Below, one piece after another: positions 1 to 9,062 of a stretch of 64,000 nt of DNA. The stretch comes from Synergistes sp. (GTDB lineage Bacteria > Synergistota > Synergistia > Synergistales > Synergistaceae). A program made the translations under genes and the position numbers. The stretch is from the NCBI GenBank assembly GCA_017537925.1, contig JAFYJW010000061.1, positions 12,660 through 76,659 on the forward strand. Direction: 5' to 3'. Under the pieces are notes generated by a model that saw only the letters and a list, made by a program, of their open reading frames with translations, was not told the origin of the DNA and made no database searches. How positions within the stretch are numbered: the stretch's first letter is position 1; every line of letters starts with the position of its first letter.

Positions 1-26
1 GCGTGCTTCGGAGATAGTTATCATCT

Positions 27-299
27 TTATATCCTGTGCATGCTTTCGAATATCTCTTCGCGCTGGAAGTTTATCGAAAGGCCGATGTTTTCGCCGAGTT
101 CCTTCAGACCGCCTGCCAGCTCTCCGGGAGAGCAGCTGCATTTCGTTATGTCGATTATCATAAGCATATCGAAGTAGCCTTTTATTATCGTCTGCGATAT
201 CTCAAGGACATTTGCGTTTTTATCCGCCAGATACATGCAGACCTTGGCGATGATTCCGACCTGGTCCTTCCCAAGGACAGTAACTATAGCTTTTTTCAT
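27..299 (-). CDS. ACT-domain protein, UPF0237 family
   Basis: 90-aa ORF. The N-terminus MKKAIVTVLGKDQVGIIAKV and the size fit small stand-alone ACT-domain proteins. Another ATG at 24..22 on the same strand (MITISEAR...) suggests a coupled downstream gene running off the window. Confidence 0.75.
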   Translation of the reverse strand: MKKAIVTVLGKDQVGIIAKVCMYLADKNANVLEISQTIIKGYFDMLMIIDITKCSCSPGELAGGLKELGENIGLSINFQREEIFESMHRI

Positions 300-332
300 G
301 ATATTATCCCCGCCTTTGCCGCGTTTTCTTGT

Positions 333-2132
333 CTAATCAAGGTACAATGATACAGTAGGATATGATTTTTTGGTAGCCGTTATCGAAAAAAATGGCGCAA
401 GCAGCGCGCGCAGCGCATCAAAGCGTTTGGTGCGCACCCATACCTCCGCTTCTCCTTCGTCCTGCACCCAGTACTCGCTCTCGGAAGATTCAAGCGCTTC
501 GGCTACCTTCATGACAGTTTCATTATCCGCTTTGATTCTCACGAGCGGCGTAAAGGGCGGCAGTTCAAGCTCGCTGCGCTCCTTTAGCTCGCGCTTCCAG
601 AATACCTGCCAGCCCCGGCGCAGTCCCTCCTGCCATCCCGATGCCGGTCTTCTGCTCTGCACTACGACCTTTCTGTTATCGGAATCGCCGCGCCACATAG
701 ACTCCCACAGCATCGAAAAAGCCCTCGCGCGTGCGTCGTAGCCCTGACCGCGGGCCTCCGCGTCCGCGTCTATCCAGCCGATCAGCGCGGGCGACAGCTC
801 GTCGCAAAGCGAAAGAATCCTTCTTGTGCCTACGATAAGAGCGCCGTCCGGATACTCTTTTTTTAGCTGTTCCCCGCTGGGCAGTTTTTCTTCTTTGTCC
901 TGAACCAGTATGGCGTTCTTAAATTTATATATCAGCGCAGCCCGTATACGCTCGTACAGCGCCTCAAGCCCGGGACGCGAACCGGTCAGCATGCGTCCTC
1001 CACAGTTGGGACAGCTTTCCGGAACCTTTTCGGTGCTGCCGCACAGTACGCACCTGAGACAGTTTTTATTTTCCTCCCAGCGCATCGCAGATCCGCATCT
1101 GGCGCAGCGAATTGTGTTTCCGCACTCGCCGCAGGCTATCTCCGACGCATATCCCCTGCGGTCAAGCAGCCAGAATACCCATTTTCCGCCGTTTCTCGCT
1201 TCCGTGCTCTCACGTATAAGAGGTACGCTCAGGGGCAGCGTGCCGCTTAACGCACTGAACTCGGCAGCCTGTGAATCCCTTGCCGAAACGAATATCAGCT
1301 TCGCGTCGTTTTTATCCTCGCGGCCGCCCTGTCCGATACGCATATAGCTTTTTGACGAAGGCATGCTTCCGCCAAGCACAAAGCGCGCGCCGGCAAACGA
1401 GGCGCGCATGCCGAGCAGCGGCCGCGGATGGTATACGGGATGCGACTGCGTTCGCCAGCTTCCGCTGTTTTCCTCGTCCATCACTATTGCGGAAAGCCGG
1501 CGCATCGGCGCGAAAGCGGCTGCGGGAGAACCCACGATAAACCCGACGTCCCCGGAGCGCGCAGCGCGCCACAGCCTCCAGCGAGCCGCGGGAGAGACGG
1601 GCCAAAGCGCGCCGCGATCCTTAAGCCCCTTTGGCATGGCTTTCCAAAAAGCGGACGCTAACTTTGACTCCGGGAAAAGAATCAAAGCGCCGCTTTCACT
1701 CTCCGCTATTTCCATGTATCGGTCCCAGCGTTCGGAGAGCTTCGTGCTGTAGACGCTTTCCGATGAGAACTGCCGCGGCTGCGGACTGTCATCCGCAGCT
1801 TTTATGTCCGGCAGTTTTTCTTCGGTAAAAAATTTCGAAGGCAGAACAGTTTTGGCGGCAAGTCCCGTGCCGATGAACCATGTGTCGCCGAACCATTTTA
1901 TAAGCTTCCACAGATCTTCCGGCAGAGGCGGCTTCTCATCTATGACAGAGCATATCTTCTTGAGACGCCTGCTGCTTTCTTCGCTGCCGCAGCTGTCAGG
2001 GAGAGTAAGAGCGACACGGCCGCTGCTTCCGAGCGGCACAGCGATCCGGAGACCTTCAGCCAGCGCCGTTTCGCTCACGTATGACAGCGGGGTCCACCAC
2101 GGAGCCGGAACCGCGGCGCTTATTATATGCAT
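333..2132 (-). CDS. priA: primosomal protein N' (PriA) homologue, atypical
   Basis: 599-aa ORF. It has the Cys-rich zinc region CGECG..CARCG..CVLCG..CPNCGG, a DEEN box at the DEEH position, and a ...GALILFPE strand as in PriA helicase lobe 1. The ATG overlaps the coaBC stop (TAATG). Walker A is degenerate (see findings). Confidence 0.8.
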   Translation of the reverse strand: MHIISAAVPAPWWTPLSYVSETALAEGLRIAVPLGSSGRVALTLPDSCGSEESSRRLKKICSVIDEKPPLPEDLWKLIKWFGDTWFIGTGLAAKTVLPSKFFTEEKLPDIKAADDSPQPRQFSSESVYSTKLSERWDRYMEIAESESGALILFPESKLASAFWKAMPKGLKDRGALWPVSPAARWRLWRAARSGDVGFIVGSPAAAFAPMRRLSAIVMDEENSGSWRTQSHPVYHPRPLLGMRASFAGARFVLGGSMPSSKSYMRIGQGGREDKNDAKLIFVSARDSQAAEFSALSGTLPLSVPLIRESTEARNGGKWVFWLLDRRGYASEIACGECGNTIRCARCGSAMRWEENKNCLRCVLCGSTEKVPESCPNCGGRMLTGSRPGLEALYERIRAALIYKFKNAILVQDKEEKLPSGEQLKKEYPDGALIVGTRRILSLCDELSPALIGWIDADAEARGQGYDARARAFSMLWESMWRGDSDNRKVVVQSRRPASGWQEGLRRGWQVFWKRELKERSELELPPFTPLVRIKADNETVMKVAEALESSESEYWVQDEGEAEVWVRTKRFDALRALLAPFFSITATKKSYPTVSLYLD

Positions 2133-3334
2133 TACATTTCAGTCCTGAGCTCAGACGCGGCGTCGAATATGCGGTGCGCCGCCTCCTCCTTCGTCCCGGA
2201 GAAATGCACTGCTTCACGACCGCGCCGTAATATCGTGATGACGTTTCTTTCGGACGCAAAGCCCGCATCGGATGCGGTGACGTCGTTCGAAACTATCATG
2301 TCCAGATTTTTCTCCGACATCTTTTTCTGCGCGTTTTCTATCACATTCTGCGTTTCGGCGGCAAAGCCGATCAGCGTCTGACAGTTCCGTTTGATCTTGC
2401 CGAGCGCCGCCGCTATATCCCTGTTCTGTACGAGTTCGAGTGTCATATCCGCGCGGCCGCCTCTTTTTATCTTCTGATCGGCCCTGCGCGCCGCTTTATA
2501 ATCCCCGACCGCCGCCGCCTTGATGATGATATCCGCGTCTTTGGCAGCTTCGATACAGGCGTCATACATATCGTCGGCGCTCACGACATTTATCACTTCG
2601 ACTCCGGCCGGAGGAACCAGAGATACAGGGCCGGATATCAGCGTTACGGAAGCGCCGCGCTGGAAGGCGGCCCTCGCAAGCGCATATCCCATCTTACCGC
2701 TGCTCGGATTGCTTATGAAGCGCACCGGGTCGATATACTCATGAGTCGGGCCTGCCGTCACGACGACACGCAGCCCGAGCATATCCTTCTTATCGCAGAG
2801 CGCCATTTTTACATAGTCGTTTATCACGTCCTGCGAAGGAAGGCGTCCCTTGCCTTCATAGCCGCACGCAAGCAGCCCGCTGTCGGGGTCGACTATTATC
2901 GCGCCTCTTTCTCTCAGTACGCGGATATGCCGCTGCACGGCGTCGCTTGAGAGCATGTTGCCGTTCATAGCCGGGAACATCAGCAGAGGCTTTTTGCAGG
3001 CAAGCATCGCGGCGCCTAAAAGCGTCGACGAGTCACCGTCCGCCGCAGTCCTGAGCGCGTTTGCCGTAGCCGGCGCTACAACGAATATATCAGCCCAGTC
3101 GGCAAGCGTGATATGCGGTATCTCCCAGCCATGCTCTGCGGAGAGGAAATCGCGTTCGGTCCAGACGCGCCTTTTTGAAAGAGTCGACAGAACCATCGGG
3201 CTCACGAATTCCTCGGAAGCCCCGGTCATTATCGTTTCTACCTCAAAGCCCATTTTCACCCAGCCGTGAAGCAGCTCCGGCGCTTTATACGCGGCAATGC
3301 CGCCGCTTATCCCGAAAAGTATCTTACTGTTCAA
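2132..3334 (-). CDS. coaBC: bifunctional phosphopantothenoylcysteine decarboxylase / phosphopantothenate-cysteine ligase
   Basis: KILFGISGGIAAYKAPEL flavoprotein N-terminus and a C-terminal CoaB half (VTAGPTHEYIDPVRFISNPSSGKMG). The ORF is open to 3439, but that extension overlaps rpoZ. The likely start is TTG at 3334, next to the rpoZ stop; this start is uncertain. Confidence 0.85.
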   Translation of the reverse strand: MNSKILFGISGGIAAYKAPELLHGWVKMGFEVETIMTGASEEFVSPMVLSTLSKRRVWTERDFLSAEHGWEIPHITLADWADIFVVAPATANALRTAADGDSSTLLGAAMLACKKPLLMFPAMNGNMLSSDAVQRHIRVLRERGAIIVDPDSGLLACGYEGKGRLPSQDVINDYVKMALCDKKDMLGLRVVVTAGPTHEYIDPVRFISNPSSGKMGYALARAAFQRGASVTLISGPVSLVPPAGVEVINVVSADDMYDACIEAAKDADIIIKAAAVGDYKAARRADQKIKRGGRADMTLELVQNRDIAAALGKIKRNCQTLIGFAAETQNVIENAQKKMSEKNLDMIVSNDVTASDAGFASERNVITILRRGREAVHFSGTKEEAAHRIFDAASELRTEM

Positions 3335-3548
3335 CTGCTTCAGTGGCGGCCTGCGTGGGTTCCAGTATACGGTATGATATCCTTCCGTTCTGGACGTCCT
3401 CAACGGCCTTTGATATATATTTCTCGTCGCTCTCCGCATCGCGGCGCTCGCTGAGCTGGCGCGCGCGTGCCGAAACTACGAGAGTCAGTATATATTTGTT
3501 GGGTATATTCTGCTCGCGGTAAATCTTTTCAAGATCGATATAGATCAT
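3324..3548 (-). CDS. rpoZ: DNA-directed RNA polymerase subunit omega
   Basis: 74 aa. NKYILTLVVSARARQL is the typical omega motif, and the gene sits in the classical gmk-rpoZ position. Confidence 0.9.
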   Translation of the reverse strand: MIYIDLEKIYREQNIPNKYILTLVVSARARQLSERRDAESDEKYISKAVEDVQNGRISYRILEPTQAATEAVEQ

Positions 3549-4120
3549 TCTTTTTCCTCCCTGTATTCCGTTACGATATTTATAAAATCGTTCACAGCAC
3601 GGTCAAGCACGTCGTTTATGAGAACATGGTCGTACTCGTCCGCGTGTGAAAGTTCTTCCTCGGCGTTGCGTATGCGCATAGCCTGCTCCGCGGCGCTCTC
3701 GCTGCCGCGACCCTTCAGGCGTCTGATAAGCTCCTCCATCGAAGGCGGCTTTACGAATATCGTTACAGCCTCCGGCATCTTCTCCTTTACAAGTTTTGCG
3801 CCCTGCACGTCGATCTCAAGCACTATGTCGCTGCCTTTGTCAAGCGCGTTTTCGACGGTTCTTCTGAGCGTGCCGTAGAGATGTCCGTGAACGTCCGCGT
3901 ACTCCAGAAACTCACCTGCGGCGATCCTGCGGCGAAATTCCTCTTCACTGATAAAGTAATAGGTCTCGCCTTCCCTGTCGAGCCCCGGCCGAGGGCTTCT
4001 TGTCGTGCAGGATACCGAAAACTTCATATTGGGCAGTTTTGGCATTGCGTTTTTCAGTATAGTTCCCTTGCCAACTCCAGCCGGACCTGAAAAAACATAA
4101 AGCTTGCCTTTCATTGTCAC
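3545..4120 (-). CDS. gmk: guanylate kinase
   Basis: 191 aa. P-loop GPAGVGKGT, plus [18 protein letters not shown] and EIDVQGA motifs. Confidence 0.95.
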   Translation of the reverse strand: MTMKGKLYVFSGPAGVGKGTILKNAMPKLPNMKFSVSCTTRSPRPGLDREGETYYFISEEEFRRRIAAGEFLEYADVHGHLYGTLRRTVENALDKGSDIVLEIDVQGAKLVKEKMPEAVTIFVKPPSMEELIRRLKGRGSESAAEQAMRIRNAEEELSHADEYDHVLINDVLDRAVNDFINIVTEYREEKE

Positions 4121-4380
4121 TCTGCTTTCTGATCTTCTTCTTCGTTCTCAAAACGGGCCGCGATCGTCTCAGGCTGAATAGCTGAAAGTATCACGTGCCG
4201 GCTGTCCATAATCAGTATCGACCGCGTCTTGCGCCCCTGAGTCGCGTCTACTAAAAGGCCGGCTTCACGAGCTTCATCCTTCAGTCGGCGCACAGGAGCG
4301 GAGTCCGGGTCGATCACAGCGACTATGCGCTCCGCCACCGCTATATTTCCGAAACCGATGTGAACCAGTTTGTACGGCAT
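4117..4380 (-). CDS. remA: DUF370 / RemA-family regulator
   Basis: [29 protein letters not shown]...[25 protein letters not shown] matches the RemA/YlzA family. The ATG at 4380 lies 1 nt after the yicC-like stop, and the gene sits in the conserved yicC-remA-gmk-rpoZ order. Confidence 0.85.
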   Translation of the reverse strand: MPYKLVHIGFGNIAVAERIVAVIDPDSAPVRRLKDEAREAGLLVDATQGRKTRSILIMDSRHVILSAIQPETIAARFENEEEDQKAE

Positions 4381-4381
4381 A

Positions 4382-5269
4382 TTATTCAAGATTCTGTATC
4401 TGTTCGCGGATGCGTTCGAGGCAGGCTTTTGCGTCTACCGCAAGCCACCTTATCTCCGCATCGGCTATTTTCGAATCGAGAGTGTTGACTTCCCTGTTCA
4501 TCTCCTGGACAAGGAAATCGAGCTTGCGTCCCGTGCTCTCGCCGGCGTCGCCTGTTTCGCGGAATTTCGCGATATGGCTCTTAAGCCGCGCCAGCTCTTC
4601 GGAAACATCCCACTTGTCCGTAAGGAGAACTATTTCCTGCATATAGCGTGTGTCTTCAAGCGCGCTGCCGGCTTTTTCCAGCGTTTCGCAGACACGGGCC
4701 TTCAGCGCTTCAAAAGCGGCGTCACGCGTCGGAAGCCAGCGTTTTTCTATTTCAAACGTGATCTTTTCCAGATCGTCGACATGTCCCAGCACTTCTTCAC
4801 AGAGATGAGCCCCTTCGGTCTCGCGCATCTTCTGCCACGAGGCGGCCGCGTCGGCAAGCAGCTCCTCGAATACCGCTTCAAGACTCTGCGCTTCCTTTTC
4901 TTCGTCAAAGCGCGGCATATCGAGCACGCCGGGGTACTGGACGACCCTTTCCAGGTCGACGGCAAGCGGCATGGCAAGACCTCTGCGTATCTCCGTCAGT
5001 TCATTGCAGTATGAAAGCAGGATATCTTTATTTATGCATCCGATGCGGAACTGCTGCGCCCAGAGCACCTCCATGCGCAGCTGCACCTTGCCGCGCCTGA
5101 AGAGTTTTCTCATCCGCTGATGGAACCACGGCTCCCATGACGAGAATTCGCGCGGCAGGCGAACGGCGATCTCCTGATAGCGGTGATTCACGCTTGACAG
5201 CTCCATGCTGATGGTGCCGTAGGAAGACTGTATCTGAGAACGGGAGAACCCCGTCATGCTTACATACAT
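4382..5269 (-). CDS. YicC/YloC-family stress-induced protein (endoribonuclease family)
   Basis: SMTGFSRS N-terminus and a C-terminal [21 protein letters not shown] motif. The start at 5269 is preceded by GAAGGGG. Confidence 0.85.
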   Translation of the reverse strand: MYVSMTGFSRSQIQSSYGTISMELSSVNHRYQEIAVRLPREFSSWEPWFHQRMRKLFRRGKVQLRMEVLWAQQFRIGCINKDILLSYCNELTEIRRGLAMPLAVDLERVVQYPGVLDMPRFDEEKEAQSLEAVFEELLADAAASWQKMRETEGAHLCEEVLGHVDDLEKITFEIEKRWLPTRDAAFEALKARVCETLEKAGSALEDTRYMQEIVLLTDKWDVSEELARLKSHIAKFRETGDAGESTGRKLDFLVQEMNREVNTLDSKIADAEIRWLAVDAKACLERIREQIQNLE

Positions 5270-5341
5270 GCTTATTACCCCTTCGCAAGATATAATGCGC
5301 ACACACGTCCAAAAGACGGTAAATACAGCGCAACGATTCTA

Positions 5342-6385
5342 TTATGATATATCTTTTTGCGGCTCAGCGGCAACTGATTCGGCAAATAAACTTTTAATTT
5401 CATCAAGCAGTTCCGGAAGCCCGCTGCCGTCGACGGCGCAGGTACGGACCGGACGTTCCCCGCGGGCTCTGAACTCCGCCGCGGTAAGCTCCGCCCCGTC
5501 CGCGCACTTGTCGGTCTTGTTCAGCACGACTATCCTCGGCACACCGTCTGCTCCGAGGCCGCGCAGCGTCTCAAGCACTATATCAAAGACAGAAGACGGG
5601 TCGTCGGAAGACGCGTCGAGCACTATAAGCAGTATATCCGCGTACGCCGCTTCCTCAAGCGTGGCCCGGAATGCCGCGATAAGCTCGGGAGGCAGCTTGC
5701 GTATGAAGCCGACCGTATCGGAAAGCAGAAAATAACCGCTTCCGTCGCGGTAGGATATTTTTCTTGCAACTGTATCGAGGGTCGAAAAGAGCTGGTCTTT
5801 AGAGAGTATCCCGGCGTCTTTGGAAAGGGTCTTAAGGAGCGTGGATTTTCCGCTGTTTGTGTAGCCTACGAGAGCCGCCACAGGCACGCTGGCGCGTTTT
5901 CTGCGGTCGCGTCTCTCGCCGCGGCGCCTGCGCACGTCTTCAAGACTTTTTTCGATGCTCTTTATACGCCTGTCCAGCTTTCTGCGGTGGCGTTCAAACT
6001 CGGTCTCGCCGGGGCCGCGCGTGCCTATGCCGCCTCCTGTGCGCGACATCTGGTGCCCGAGTCCTTTAAGGCTTGGAATCTCATACCTGTACTGTGCAAG
6101 CTCGACCTGCAGCTTGGCTTCCGCGGTAACGGCGCGCCGTTCGAATATCTTCATTATAACGAACGCCCTGTCCCAGACAGCGAGAGAAGTAAGCTTCTGC
6201 AGGTTGCTTTTCTGCGTAGGCGTAAGAAAATCATCCACGACAAGATGCGTGACGCCGAGAGGCATAGAATACTCCTTTATCTCAAGAGCCTTGCCCGCGC
6301 CTAAAAAATAGGCGGGATCCGGAGCCCTGCGCTTCTGTACGACGCGCGCCTCGACCGGGACATTTATATTGCCAAGCAGCATCAC
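5342..6385 (-). CDS. hflX: GTPase HflX, portion downstream of an in-frame TGA
   Basis: G-domain motifs GYTNSGKST, DTVGF and NKTD. The HflX N-domain shows QKRRAPDPAYFLGAGK. Homology continues upstream in the same frame across a TGA at 6424..6422, back to a TTG at 6496 (see findings). Confidence 0.85.
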   Translation of the reverse strand: MMLLGNINVPVEARVVQKRRAPDPAYFLGAGKALEIKEYSMPLGVTHLVVDDFLTPTQKSNLQKLTSLAVWDRAFVIMKIFERRAVTAEAKLQVELAQYRYEIPSLKGLGHQMSRTGGGIGTRGPGETEFERHRRKLDRRIKSIEKSLEDVRRRRGERRDRRKRASVPVAALVGYTNSGKSTLLKTLSKDAGILSKDQLFSTLDTVARKISYRDGSGYFLLSDTVGFIRKLPPELIAAFRATLEEAAYADILLIVLDASSDDPSSVFDIVLETLRGLGADGVPRIVVLNKTDKCADGAELTAAEFRARGERPVRTCAVDGSGLPELLDEIKSLFAESVAAEPQKDIS

Positions 6386-6492
6386 AAGCTCGTCAAGGGA
6401 AAGATCTGCGTCGTCTTCTCCTCACGATACCGCGGCTATAACCGCTTTCTTCTGCTTCAGCGAAAGGTCCGCTGCCTGACGTTTCTGTCTGC

Positions 6493-7176
6493 TCAACGCC
6501 TGCTCTGCTCCATGAACTCGCCGGCAAGCGACGCTATCACATCCGTAACAGCCTCCGCGTCCATATCGGAGCTGTCAAGTATGATGCAGCCTGGAGCCGG
6601 GCGCAGAGGAGCTATCTCTCTCGTCATGTCATAATGGTCGCGTTCGTTTACTTCTTTAAGCACCGCTTCGTAGTCTGCTTCTTCCCCTTTTGCCCTGCGT
6701 TCGAGGCAGCGCCTGCGCGCGCGCTCTTCGGCGGAAGCGGTAAGGAATATCTTGAGCTCCGCGTCAGGGAAGACCACAGTCCCCATATCACGGCCGTCTG
6801 CCACAAGCCCGTTTGCCGCCTGCGCGCGCTGAATCGACGCAAGCGCGGCGCGGACCTCTGCACGAGCCGCATATGCCGATACTATCCTGTCGACCTCAGG
6901 GGTCCTTATCGCTTCAGTGACGTCCTCGCCGGAGGCGGTGATTCTGCCGCCCGGCAGAAGTTCGATATCAAGCGAAGAAAGAGCCTCTGTTATACGATCC
7001 CCCTCTTCCGGAGCGATGCCCGCCCGCTTCAGCTTCAGCGCGACCGCGCGGTAAAGCGCCCCGGTATCGAGATACGGCAGACCGATTCGCGCTGCCGCTG
7101 CCCGCGCCACGGTGCTCTTGCCCGCACCGGCGGGCCCGTCTATCGTTACCACTATATTTTTTGTTCCGTCCGCCAT
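6493..7176 (-). CDS. cmk: cytidylate kinase
   Basis: IVVTIDGPAGAGKSTVARAAA P-loop and the YLDTGALYRA motif. The ATG at 7176 is preceded by GGAGG. The longer ORF reaching 7263 was rejected. Confidence 0.9.
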   Translation of the reverse strand: MADGTKNIVVTIDGPAGAGKSTVARAAAARIGLPYLDTGALYRAVALKLKRAGIAPEEGDRITEALSSLDIELLPGGRITASGEDVTEAIRTPEVDRIVSAYAARAEVRAALASIQRAQAANGLVADGRDMGTVVFPDAELKIFLTASAEERARRRCLERRAKGEEADYEAVLKEVNERDHYDMTREIAPLRPAPGCIILDSSDMDAEAVTDVIASLAGEFMEQSRR

Positions 7177-7266
7177 GATAAGCCTCCGTTCCGCCGGTCG
7201 ATCATTCTGATTTAAACCCGGCCCTGTCTTTCTCAGCACGCGCTTACTTGCGCGATATGGCAAAAA

Positions 7267-8181
7267 TTATTCTCTTGCAAGGCCGACTATATCGGAAAGC
7301 CTCTTCTTTCCGTATCTTGTTATATATTCAGGCAGGCCTGCGCAGATCGCCTTTCCGGCGTTTACGTCGGCGAAAAACGCGCTTCCCGCTTCGACTGCCG
7401 ACGCGCCCGCAAGCATCATGCCGGCGCAGTCTGACGCGCTCCTCACTCCGCCGCAGCCTATGACAGGTATTTTTACCGCACCCGCTGCCTGCCAGACGAC
7501 GCGAAGCGCAAGCGGGAAGACCGCCGGACCGGAAAGCCCTGCAACAACGCGGTCAAACACCGGCTTTCCGGACGCCATGTCGATCGCCGCTCCAAGCCAT
7601 GTATTCGAGCAGACCAGGGCGTCTGCTCCTTCTGCCTCGACAGCCCGCGCCACAGCTGCCGGGTCGGGCGTCTGAGGCGTCATCTTCACCCAGAGAGGTC
7701 TGTTCCAGATCTTTCTTGCCGCGGCAGCGGCCTTTGCCGCCGATGCGCATGTCATGCCCCATGCCATGCCGTCTCCGTCCGCGTTGGGACAGGATATGTT
7801 CAGCTCCGCGGCGGCTATGCCTTCGACGCCGTCAAGCATGCGCAGAGTCTCCTGCGTGTCCCAGACAGCCTCCATAACGACATTTGCGATAACCGGAACA
7901 GGACAGTTTTTAACAAGTTCCGAATAGTTTTCTATGAACTTTTTAACTCCTGTATTCTGAAGGCCTATGCTGTTGAGTACGCCGGCCTGTGTCTCCCACA
8001 GCCGTATGCCGCGGTTTCCGCGCCTCGGCGCAAGGCTTATCGCCTTGGTGCAGATCGCTCCTACACCGTCAAGCTTTTCTCCGCTCCAGAACTCCTCCGA
8101 ATACGGCCAGACGCCTGAAGCCGCTATCACAGGGCTTTTCAGTTCCACTGTTCCGACTTTTGCAGATATATCAATTGTCAT
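7267..8181 (-). CDS. pyrD: dihydroorotate dehydrogenase, catalytic subunit (class 1B)
   Basis: LKSPVIAASG, NSIGLQNTG and LNISCPN motifs. It overlaps the pyrK stop by 11 nt. Confidence 0.9.
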   Translation of the reverse strand: MTIDISAKVGTVELKSPVIAASGVWPYSEEFWSGEKLDGVGAICTKAISLAPRRGNRGIRLWETQAGVLNSIGLQNTGVKKFIENYSELVKNCPVPVIANVVMEAVWDTQETLRMLDGVEGIAAAELNISCPNADGDGMAWGMTCASAAKAAAAARKIWNRPLWVKMTPQTPDPAAVARAVEAEGADALVCSNTWLGAAIDMASGKPVFDRVVAGLSGPAVFPLALRVVWQAAGAVKIPVIGCGGVRSASDCAGMMLAGASAVEAGSAFFADVNAGKAICAGLPEYITRYGKKRLSDIVGLARE

Positions 8182-8959
8182 GCAGGTCCACCTCATCAGC
8201 CCGGAAGATCGCACGGTCCACGCAGACGCGCTTCGGCCCTCCGGAGGTCTCTACCACACATCCCATACAGCCGCCAAAGCCGCACGCCATCCTCTTCTCA
8301 AGAATATAATAAAGATGCTCAGGCGTACTTTCGTAAAAACGCCGCATCGCATCAAAAAAGCCCAGGGGGCCGCAGCACCACAGCTCTTTTTCGGCGGAGA
8401 GGGGCCGCGGCAGCGCGGCAAACATCGAATTCCCGCGTCCGAAAGAGCCGTCATCGGTATAGATCTGCGCGTCGGGATAAAGGCTCAGTATCTTCTCGGC
8501 GAAAGCTTCATAACCGCGCCCGGGGATGCCTATAAAAAGCTTCGCGCTCTTCCCGCGCTCCTTCTTTTTAAGCAGCACGGCGCCTGCGCCTACTCCTCCC
8601 GCCGCAAGTATCAGTTCCTTTGCTCCTTCAGGATACGGCTTCCCGGTAAAAGCGCGCACCTTAAGACGCTCTCCGGGCTTCACGGCGGAAAGCATCGCCG
8701 TTCCGCGCCCGACGACCATATAGCAGACCGATATCCTTCCGACCGCCGGATCCGCGTCTGCTGCCGCAAAGGGACGCCCGAGCATCGGGTCGTTCCCGCA
8801 AGACGGGTAAACAAAAACACAGTTTCCGGCGCGCGCGCTCACCGCCAGTTCGGGCGCGTCGAAAGACATCCAGAATATCTTTTCCGTAAGCTTTATATTT
8901 TCGGCAACAGTCAGGACAGAATCGTTCAATGCACGCGGCGCGGAGCCGTATCCTCCCAC
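8171..8959 (-). CDS. pyrK: dihydroorotate dehydrogenase electron-transfer subunit
   Basis: FAD/NAD-binding fold plus a C-terminal 2Fe-2S motif CGFGGCMGCVV, immediately upstream of pyrD. The GTG start is uncertain. Confidence 0.85.
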   Translation of the reverse strand: MGGYGSAPRALNDSVLTVAENIKLTEKIFWMSFDAPELAVSARAGNCVFVYPSCGNDPMLGRPFAAADADPAVGRISVCYMVVGRGTAMLSAVKPGERLKVRAFTGKPYPEGAKELILAAGGVGAGAVLLKKKERGKSAKLFIGIPGRGYEAFAEKILSLYPDAQIYTDDGSFGRGNSMFAALPRPLSAEKELWCCGPLGFFDAMRRFYESTPEHLYYILEKRMACGFGGCMGCVVETSGGPKRVCVDRAIFRADEVDLHDN

Positions 8960-8991
8960 CGTTATCCCCCGCTTTCACAATACAGGTATTT

Positions 8992-9010
8992 GCTGATAAA
9001 ATATATCAGC
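8992..9010. promoter_or_regulatory. 19-bp palindrome GCTGATA-N5-TATCAGC in the divergent pyrK / ade intergenic region
   Basis: Perfect 7-bp arms read directly from the sequence. It is located between divergent genes. Confidence 0.35.
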
Positions 9011-9062
9011 TTATATGAAGCTATTTTACCATTTCTGAGCCACTGCGATGGGAGGCATACGG

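Noticed and set aside
6400-6424. Selenocysteine (SECIS) explanation for the in-frame TGA in hflX.
   Set aside because: - Only a short imperfect hairpin (GGAGAAGA..TCTTTCC) directly abuts the UGA. It does not have the spacing or apical loop expected of bacterial SECIS elements.
- The position is a non-catalytic loop where no Sec or Cys is known in HflX.
9039-9045. GCCACTG 'B12-box'-like heptamer upstream of ade. A cobalamin riboswitch was also considered upstream of the ABC importer (24157-24497).
   Set aside because: - The heptamer stands alone in a 100-nt leader, too short for a cobalamin riboswitch.
- The 340-nt region before the ABC operon lacks a B12 box and the conserved paired regions.
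- The promoter at 24385 leaves only an 86-nt leader.
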